Assembly (NCBI RefSeq): GCF_006345805.1
Contig: NW_021834850.1
Location: 1 to 45,415 of the forward strand
DNA length: 45,415 bases
From: Octopus sinensis
Lineage: Eukaryota
Direction: 5' to 3'
Each line of letters starts with the position of its first letter. Position 1 is the stretch's first letter. The notes below the pieces were generated by a model. The model was not told the DNA's origin. It saw nothing but the letters and a program-made list of their open reading frames with translations, and searched no databases. The position numbers and the translations under genes are program-made. Positions 36,653 to 45,415 of this stretch are shown here, in pieces.

Positions 36653-36985
36653 CTCGGCCGGTCGTATAGCAGTATGGTCGGTGTCAGAATTGACAAGGAC
36701 GCTTTTCGGTCGAAAGCAAGCCCCGTCCGGTAAATCTTCGGGGTGGAATTCCTTCTCGCTTTCAGTCGGAGTAGTCTGTTGTTCGACGGCCAAATCATCG
36801 TTGACAAACGACAAAACATCGGCTGTTGTGGTCGGTAGAGCAGCAGATGAGGAACTGTTGGCAGCTCTCAGCATCCCCATACAGATGGCATGACTGTTAG
36901 ACTGTTCGCAGTTTCTCTCCCGTTTCTCTCCGACATCCTTAGTGTCCGGAACATCAAAGTAGCGTTTAGCTTTCTTCAAATACAT
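36653..36985 (-). CDS. Probable first coding exon (111 aa) of an unidentified gene
   Basis: Unique, GC-richer ORF MYLKKAKRYFDVPDTK...DHTAIRPAE; in-frame TAA two codons upstream of the ATG; A at -3; canonical donor GAG|GTAAGG at 36652. Confidence 0.6.
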
Positions 36986-37174
36986 TATTTAGCTCTGCCC
37001 CACATACATACACACACACTTCTTCTTCGTCTCCTTTCATCTAGGAGACATATATAAGCATCTCTTCTCTTCTTGCTCACATCACATTTTGCATCTCCCC
37101 TGTCATCATCATCGTCGTCGTCGTCATCGTCGTCGTCTCATCAACTTCGCTGCAGCCTCAAAGCGAGGCGACTC

Positions 37175-37245
37175 CCGCCATCTTTAAAGAGATGATGATG
37201 TTACTCCGTGACCTCGTCAGACTTCACACTTGTCATCACTTCCGG
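37175..37245 (-). promoter_or_regulatory. Housekeeping-type core promoter / 5'UTR motifs: ETS CCGGAAGTG (37237-37245) and YY1 AAGATGGCGG (37175-37184)
   Basis: Exact motif matches, in the usual order and orientation, 190-260 bp upstream of the ATG in a CpG-rich island. Confidence 0.55.
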
Positions 37246-37469
37246 GTCACGCTCTGACCTCGCCAGCATTTGCACAGACCCCCCCCCACACACACACTGA
37301 AAAGAAAATTACTATAAATAAATGAATAAACACGCACACATAACACACCGTGTATATATAATGAATAATATATATACGGTATGTATATGTATATGCACAC
37401 ACAGGCTTTTATGTATTTGCATATGTTAATATACAGATCTTTATGCATGGGTATACATGTGTGAGTGTA

Positions 37470-37599
37470 TGTATGTATGTATGTATGCATGTATGTATGT
37501 ATGTATGTATGTATGTATGTATGTATGTATGTATGAGGTATGTATATGTATGTATGTATTTATGTTTGTATGTTTGTATTATGTATGTATGTATGTATG

Positions 37600-37631
<32 letters not shown>

Positions 37632-37802
37632 TGTAGAGTATATGTATGTAGTATGTATGTATGTATGTATGTATGTATATGTAGTATGTATGTATGTATG
37701 TATGTATGATGTATGTATGTAAGTATGTATGTATGTATGTATGTATGTATGTATGTATATGTATGTATGTATGTATGTATGTTATGTATGTATGTATGTA
37801 TG

Positions 37803-37836
<34 letters not shown>

Positions 37837-38130
37837 TGTATTGTATTTATGTATGTATGTATGTATGTATGTATGTATGTATGTATGTATGTATGTATGG
37901 CATGTATGTGTGTATGTATGTTTGTATGTATGTTTCTATGTATGTATGTATGTATGTATGTATGTATGTATATATTTATGTATGTATGTATGTATGTATG
38001 TATGTATGTATGAATGTATGTATGTATGTATGTATGTATGTATGTATGAATGTATGTATGAATGTATGTATGTATGTATGTATGTATGTGTGTATGTATG
38101 TGTATATATTTCTATATGTGTGTGTGTGTA
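37470..38130. repeat. (TATG)n array
   Basis: Direct reading. Confidence 0.95.
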
Positions 38131-38159
38131 AGTATATATATACGTATATACGCTTACTC

Positions 38160-38540
38160 TAACCAATGCTTGTTTCAGTCATTTGACTGCGGCCATGCTG
38201 GAGCACCGCCTTTTAGTCGAGCAAATCGACCCCAGGACTTATTCTCTGTAAGCCTAGTACTTGTTATATCGGTCTCTTTTGCCGAACCACTAAGTTACGG
38301 GGACGTAAACACACCAGCATCGGTTGTCAAGTGATGTTGGGGTGACAAACACAGACACACATACACATATATATATACATATGTATATATACGTTTCCGT
38401 CTACCAAAATCCACTCACAAGGCTTTGGTCAACCTGAAGTAATAGAAGACACTTGCCCAAGGTTCCACGCAGTGGAACTGAACCCGGAACCATGTGGTTG
38501 GTAAGCAAGCCACTTACCACACAGCCACTCTTGTGCCTAT
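38160..38540 (-). mobile_element. SINE family B with internal deletion
   Basis: Consensus 3' and 5' halves present. Confidence 0.85.
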
Positions 38541-38773
38541 GTAATATATGTGTGTGTGTGCGTGTACAGAATATATTTGTACATACTGACACATGTACAT
38601 GCGCACACACACACACACACCACACACATACATTTCAATTAACAAACAAGGCAAAAAGTACTCAATACCTAAGTAGAGTGTATTTAGTATAGCATTAATG
38701 TTACTTTGTTGTAACTCCCTTTTGTGACCCTTTACTGCTCACGCAATGTGTTGGTAAAAAAGAGAACAACATA

Positions 38774-38821
<48 letters not shown>

Positions 38822-39005
38822 CGAGAGTGAAAATCAATCCCTTTTTTGTGTCCCTAGCACTTGGCATCCTTATTTAGGAGCCCTTAATCATATTTCTACA
38901 TGAATAATATTTTTCTATATGAATAATATTTTGTCTAATGACTAATTCGTCTTTTGTGCTGGGCCACTAATAGTAATCTATATTATTACCCTTTTTGATT
39001 ATATT

Positions 39006-39041
<36 letters not shown>

Positions 39042-39539
39042 TGAGATAGGGGTTTCAAATTTAACCCTCCATGGGATAACATACATCCAATATACTGCTA
39101 ATGAAGTACCCAACAAAGTTTTGTTATATATTTTTATGTAGTGGTTTAATAAAGTATGTGATTGGGTATTATCTGGTAGTTGATAAATGATTTAGATGTA
39201 TTTCTCCATTTTCTTATTTTGTATATATGTATATATATATATACACACACACACATTTAATTATATTTATATATGTGTATATATGAATAAGCTTAAGGAG
39301 CGGTCAACTTAAACAATAACAACAATAAGCATTTAATGAGTAAAGTCATTAACATTGTTTATGGAATCAAATTTATTATAATTCATTATAATTTATTATA
39401 ATTTATTATACAAAAAAGAGTTGGCTATGACCAGTTTCAACACTTCATGCTTATTCAAACAATATTCAGAGGAGTATGATAGAGGAAGGCTTGCTCTTCC
39501 TTCTGTAGAAGAAAAAATTCAAATTGGACCATGTTAATA

Positions 39540-39758
39540 CCAAAAATTATTTACATCAAAAAGGTGCTTTTTTTCTATGAAAATCCCTATTTTTTACGAT
39601 TTTTTGACTGCTGTATCGCCATTTTTCGGTGTATTTCAACCAGGAAAATGTTCACTTAAAGAGAATAACAAGCTACATAATGCAAAATTTTTACTTTTCG
39701 AAAATTCCAATTCTAAAGGGTCGAAACAAACCCGAGCAACGCCGGGCGATACTGCTAG
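39540..39758 (+). mobile_element. Helitron-type 3' end
   Basis: GC hairpin CCCGAGCAACGCCGGG (39731-39746) followed by CTAG|T at 39755-39759; 5' boundary uncertain. Confidence 0.6.
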
Positions 39759-40020
39759 TTTATAATAAAATGAAGAGATTCAACTATATTATGGGTAATA
39801 ACAATTTACTCAAAGTAGCTGCTCTTAGCACCCTCTGTGGCCTCAACATGGCTCCAGAATCTAGTACATGAATCCCTTGCTGTCTCCCTGGGAAGATCTT
39901 CAAACACCTCCTTGATCTTGATCAGCTCGCCCTTGGTATGGCAGGCAGAGTGGTTGATGTCTTACTCAGCCTCACCACACACATTGTAATCCATGGGATT
40001 ATATCAGAGGGATTAGGGAG

Positions 40021-40194
40021 CACTAGCATAGCTAGGGAGTGGGGTGGTAGGGGCATTCTGCCCCTGGATGGCACTTTTAATGGGGTACCATTTTTGGGGT
40101 CTGCTGTAGGCAATATGTGTTTTTTGTGGTGCTCTGGGAGTGGCAAATGGAAGGTCCACCCCAGGTGGCACACAATCTAGCTACTACACTAGTG
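40021..40194. mobile_element. hAT-like MITE, copy 1
   Basis: Ends CACTAGCATAGCTAG / CTAGCTAC(TAC)ACTAGTG; flanks ATTAGGGAG / ATTGGGAG suggest an ~8-bp TSD. Confidence 0.65.
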
Positions 40195-40262
40195 ATTGGG
40201 AGGCCCGAAATTGGGGATAGTGAAGTTGCAGAAATTCTGACAACTATAACTCTTTCTGGGAG

Positions 40263-40434
40263 CACTAGCATAGCTAAGGAGTGTGGTGGTAGGGGAATTC
40301 TGCTCCGGATGGCACTTTTAAAGGGGCACCATTTTGGGGCCTGCTGTAGGCAATATGTGTTTTTTGTGGGGTTCTGTGAGTGGAAAATGGAAGGGCCACC
40401 CCAGGTGGCACACATTCTAGCTACTACACTAGTG
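40263..40434. mobile_element. hAT-like MITE, copy 2 (part of a ~242-bp tandem duplication)
   Basis: Same ends and body as copy 1. Confidence 0.65.
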
Positions 40435-40831
40435 ATTAGGAGGCCCAAAATTGGGGATGGTGAAGTTGCAGAAATTCTGACAACTATATCTGACTCTTTC
40501 TGGAGGTAGGACAAGGAGTTGAATCCTGCTGCCACTCATATGGCCCTCCAGGAGCAATCCTCTCCAGCCAGGGTTCGACCACATAGCTTCACATAGCTGT
40601 CTGAATTGCACCAAAGGTCCTGTTCAAAGAAGTGGGGCAGTGAAACATCACTCTCACTGGTGACACACCCAAAGACCATAATAGTCGGGAGGGAAACATG
40701 GTTTTCATGATGCCCATATGATCTTACAGCCTATACAGCGGGGGTGGGGGAAAACCCTGCCTGCGGGCGCAATGGCCCCTGCTAGCCCATTTTATTTCAC
40801 CTGCAGGCTGGTATACTCATATGTACAAAAT

Positions 40832-41237
40832 ACTCTTTTACTTGTTTCAGTCATTTGACTGCGGCCATGCTGGAGCACCGCCTTTAGTCGAGCAAATCGA
40901 CCCCGGGACTTATTCTTTGTAAGCCCAGTACTTATTCTATCAGTCTCTTTTGCTGAACCACTAAGTGACGGGGATGTAAACACACCAGCATCAGTTGTCA
41001 AGCAATGCTAGGGGGACAAACACAGACACACAAACATATAGACACACACTTATATATATATATACATATATACGACAAGCTTCTTTCAGTTTCCGTCTAC
41101 CAAATCCACTCACAAGGCATTGGTCGGCCCGGGGCTATAGCAGAAGACACTTGCCCAGGATGCCACGCAGTGGGACTGAACCCGGAACCATATGGTTGGT
41201 TAGCAAGCTACTTACCACACAGCCACTCCTGCGCCTA
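40832..41237 (-). mobile_element. SINE family B, full length
   Basis: Complete consensus. Confidence 0.9.
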
Positions 41238-41537
41238 TATAGTAAATTTTTCCATTATAAAATTTATACAATATTTGTATGCCTATTTGTGACATGAGTC
41301 GTGTTTCCACTTCGACTTGAAACAGATAGACACGAACAGAAAATTGTCCGGTAATTGCCACTTAAATGGAAATTTTGTTTACACAATAAAACACATACTG
41401 CTAGGATTGTACCAGCCCCTTGAGACCCAACAACACTCTAGCTGAAAAATATAGAAACCTCATCAGTAATATAAATATCCTAAATTCAGTGGGAGCATAA
41501 ATGAAGATATTACATGTTAATTTAATATCTTTAACTT

Positions 41538-41693
41538 GTGGCTGTGTGGTAAGTAGCTTGCTAACCAGCCACATGGTTCCCGGGTTCAGTCCCACTGCGG
41601 GCATCTTGGGCAAGTGGTCTTCTGCTATAGCCCCGACCGACCAATGCCTTGTGAGTGGATTTGGTAGACGGAAACTGAAAGAAGCCTGTCGTA

Positions 41694-41762
<69 letters not shown>

Positions 41763-41978
41763 GTGTGTGTTTGTCCCCCTAGCATTACTTGACAACCGAT
41801 GCTGGTGTGTTTACGACCCCGTTACTTAATGGTGTGGCAAAAGAGACCGATAGAATAAGTACTGGGCTTACAAAGAATAAGTCCTGGGGTCGATTTGCTC
41901 GACTAAAAAAGGCGGTGCTCCAGCATGGCCGCAGTCAAATGACTGAAACAAATAAAAGAGTAAAAGAGTAAAAGAGTA
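41538..41978 (+). mobile_element. SINE family B, full length
   Basis: TGGCTGTGTGGTAAG A-box-like head, GGTTCAGTCC B-box-like motif, CORE-like CTTGGGCAAGT, internal (TA/TG)n, (AAGAGTA)n tail. Confidence 0.9.
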
Positions 41979-42119
41979 TATCGAATTATACATAGATAAA
42001 TATACAAGATTTACACAGATAGAAGAGTTAGGCCTTGTGATCTGCCCGTGGACCTTTTCCATTATAAATTCTTGCCCATTGTTGCCCACCACACTAGAAA
42101 GTTTAACCCACCCTTGCTT

Positions 42120-42391
42120 TACAATGTTCCCTGAGCATTGACCTGCTGTTGTGATGATGTTGGCATTTTGATTCTTGGCACAAATCTTCATGATACGGGG
42201 GTAACTCTGTTCAAATATTCAGATGGCTTCCAGACCTCCATGTCAGTTAAATTTTTCTCTTCTACAGCTTTAATAATCTTTGTTCCTTATGCTCTCCAAC
42301 GCTGTTGACTCTACACCAGTGCATCAAGCTGTTCTTCGAAAAGGAAGATGCATTAGTAAAAAATTGTCAAATTTATCCTGAACACCCTGTA
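42120..42391 (-). mobile_element. 5' end (TIR plus N-terminal codons) of a Tc1/mariner element
   Basis: TA-CAGGGTGTTCAGGATAAATTTGACAA (TIR 42364-42389), then MEVWKPSEY...MKICAKNQNANII...QCS; same strand and correct order relative to 39806-40720. Confidence 0.6.
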
Positions 42392-42399
42392 CAATGCAT

Positions 42400-42790
42400 A
42401 CTCTCTCTTTTACTCTTTTACATGTTTCAGTCATTTGACTGCGGCCATGCTGGAGCACCGCCTTTAGTCGAGCAAATCGACCCCGGGGCCTTTTCTTTGT
42501 AAGCCCAGTACTTATTCTATCGATCTCTTTTGCCGAACCGCTAAGTAACGGGGACGTAAACACACCAGCATCGGTTGTCAAGCAATGCAAGGGGGACAAA
42601 CACACACACACACCTATATATATATACATATATACGACAGGCTTCTTTCAGTTTCCGTCTACCAAATCCACTCACAAGGCATTGGTCGGCCGGGGCTATA
42701 GCAGAAGAACATTGCCCAAGATGCCACGCAGTGGGACTGAACCCGGAACCATGTGGTTGGTTAGCAAGCTACTTACCACACAGCCACTCC
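42400..42790 (-). mobile_element. SINE family B, near full length
   Basis: Consensus match. Confidence 0.9.
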
Positions 42791-42799
42791 ATGCATACA

Positions 42800-43640
42800 C
42801 GCATGCATACAAAGATATATAAATATATACGCACGTACATACATATGTACATACACACACACATACATACATTCACACAAACGTACATACATACATGTAT
42901 TTACATCCATCCGTATATGTACATACATACATACATACAAACATACATACATACATACATACATACTTACATACATACATACACACATACATACATACAC
43001 ACACACATACATACATACATACATACATACATACATACTTACATACATACATACACACATACATACATACACACACACATACATACATACATACATACAT
43101 ACGTACATACATACGTACATACATACACACACACACATACAAACATACATACATACAAAAATAAATACATAAATACATACATACATACACATACATACAC
43201 ACACACATACATGCATACATACATACACACACATACATACATACACACATACATACATACACACATACCTACATACATACATACATACACACACACATAC
43301 ATACATACATACATACATACATACATACATACAAGCATACACACACACATACATACATACATACATACATACATACACACATACATACATACACACCTAC
43401 ATACATACATACATACATACATACATACATACATACATACATACACACATACATACATACATACACACCTACATACATATATACATACATACATACATAC
43501 ATACAAGCATACACACCTACATACATACATACAAACATACATACATACATACATACATACATACATACATACATACATACACACCTACATACATACATAC
43601 ACACACACATACATACATACACACACACATACATACATGC
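42800..43640. repeat. (CATA)/(CA)n array, followed by (CT)n at ~43727-43880
   Basis: Direct reading; the 436-aa YIHT ORF is an artefact. Confidence 0.95.
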
Positions 43641-43738
43641 GTACAAATAACGTGATATGGTATAAATATATAACATCCTATTCTGTGACAATGTTTGCCC
43701 TAGTTTTAGAGCTGACTACAACAAATTCCTCTCTCTCC

Positions 43739-43771
<33 letters not shown>

Positions 43772-43792
43772 CTCTTTCTCCTTCTCTCTCTC

Positions 43793-43824
<32 letters not shown>

Positions 43825-44762
43825 GTCGGTCTCTCTCTCTCTCTCTCTCGCTCGCTCTTTCTCTCTATCGGTCTCTCCCGTGTAGTCAATTAACATTGAC
43901 CGTGAACTATACTGGGCGTATATTGTATGTGTGTGTGTATGTGTGTGTGTGTTTGTGTGTACATAAGTGTGTGTTACGTTGCAGTGAGTAGTGTAACTAC
44001 ATTACACACACACATACTGCGTATGTGTGTGTGTGTATGTATGTATGTATGTATGTATGTATGTATGTATGTACTATGTACGTATGTATGTGTGTGTATG
44101 TATGTATGTATGTATGTTTGTATGTATGTATGTAATTGTAAAGTCAGGCAAGTGACGCAAGAGCCGAGAGTTTCGAACCTGTTGCACTGCGGCCTCCGAG
44201 TCACTATTTGGACATACATACATACATACATATATACATACACACACACACACATACATACATACACACATACATATATACGTACATGCATGCATACATA
44301 CATACGTACATACATACATACATCTATTTATATATTTACGCATATACTCAAACACACACACACACACACTCGCACACAGTACTGTGTAAGGACCAATAGT
44401 CACACACACACACTATTTATAAATAGTGCTTCGTCCACAATTGGTAAAGGATTCGACGTGACTGGATTCAGCCCCGTCACGTTGTGGGTAGCTGAGGAGG
44501 AATTTTGCCAGCATTCAAATTTCAAACGGTCCCTGGAAGTAAGAGGGGCGTGGTGTTCCAAACTCGTAATGGGAGCAAAAGCCGTTTAAGCTTCAAAAAC
44601 CAAAACAATATTCCTGTGTAAACTGTCACATGTGTTCTGTTATGATTCTGCTCACAGCTTGTGCACTGCCTTCTGTCTTCTTATAACACATTGGTCCCTT
44701 CGTGGGATCCCTGATAACTTAAACCCACGTCGTGTAAATTTCTAAAATAAAATTAAAAAGTA

Positions 44763-45197
44763 TGGCGATCTTTCGTCTCTAGTAGACCTTTCCGTCGATT
44801 TCCGTAAAAAAATTTTTTTTTTTTTTTACATATGGGCTTGCGGGAACTTTTGAAGTAATATACATACATATACACATACACCGACTAAAAAATTTCAGTT
44901 ATCTCTCTCTTTCACACATTACTCTGTCTCTTCACACACACTAACAGAAGCACTTCACTTACACAACATACTGTCTGTCTTCCACACCCCATCAAACACA
45001 CACACACACACGCACACACACATGTCCATCAATGCCCCCATGCACGGTAACTTCAAAAGAACTTCCCTCGTCATACAATCGCTTTCTCTTAGTCTCTTTC
45101 GCTCTCATTACTTCAAAAGTTCCGCAAGCCCATATGCAAAAGAAAAAATTTTTTTACGGAATCGACGGAAAGGTCTACTAGAGACGAAAGATTGCCA
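44763..45197. mobile_element. Element with ~95-bp inverted repeats around a CA/CT-rich spacer (MITE or Helentron-like)
   Basis: 44763-44859 is the reverse complement of 45107-45197 with few differences. Confidence 0.65.
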
Positions 45198-45415
45198 AAG
45201 TATAATTAATGGGGAAAAAAATTTCTTGGTTTAAAAACAATAAATTCCTTCGTTGTTCTGTGGGGTGTCATTACCGCTTTTTTATTAATAAGAAATATTT
45301 AGTAATTCGTTTATGAAAATAGTCGACGAAATTAATGAAGAACAATGAAAATTCATTTATATCACTGCTTTAGTTTGGAATATTTAACGGGAAATAGGTG
45401 TTTGTAAAAACATTT

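Larger units (their letters stand above)
39806..40720 (-). pseudogene. Tc1/mariner (maT/DD37D-like) transposase, catalytic half, disrupted
   Basis: Minus translation across frameshifts gives IMVFGCVTSESDVSLPHFFEQ, PWLERIAPGGPYEWQQDSTPC, NFCNFT.PNF.PPN and NPMDY...KIKEVFEDLPRET...SYFE*. Confidence 0.85.

Noticed and set aside
44410-44590. Possible exon on either strand (GFDVTGFSPVTLW... or DRLKFECWQNSS...)
   Set aside because: No consistent acceptor/donor pair with phase-compatible neighbours and no recognisable homology.

Overview
AT-rich, repeat-saturated animal genomic DNA. The SINE families and the very dense (AT)n, (TATG)n, (AAT)n, (CAT)n and (GGT)n microsatellites look like an Octopus/coleoid cephalopod genome; this is pattern recognition, not a database result. 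Nearly all ORFs in the supplied track are translations of simple repeats or SINEs. Most of the window is a mosaic of several tRNA-derived SINE families (labelled A, B, C, D, F and L here), piggyBac-, hAT-, Tigger- and Helitron-type non-autonomous elements, a fragmented Tc1/mariner (maT-like) transposase and higher-order microsatellite arrays. One probable host gene starts near 37.25 kb on the minus strand: ETS and YY1 promoter motifs, a 111-codon first coding exon and a phase-compatible second exon, with no recognised product. The most interesting signals are: (i) two different minimal hammerhead-ribozyme motifs of the Penelope type, one in a tRNA-headed, TSD-flanked, inverted-arm element; (ii) SINE-A concatemers enclosed by single TSDs and sharing one junction at three loci, explainable by head-tail base pairing and template jumping; (iii) a ~235-bp fold-back; and (iv) deeply nested insertions, including an in-window empty/filled site pair. 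Repeat boundaries were read by eye and are approximate.
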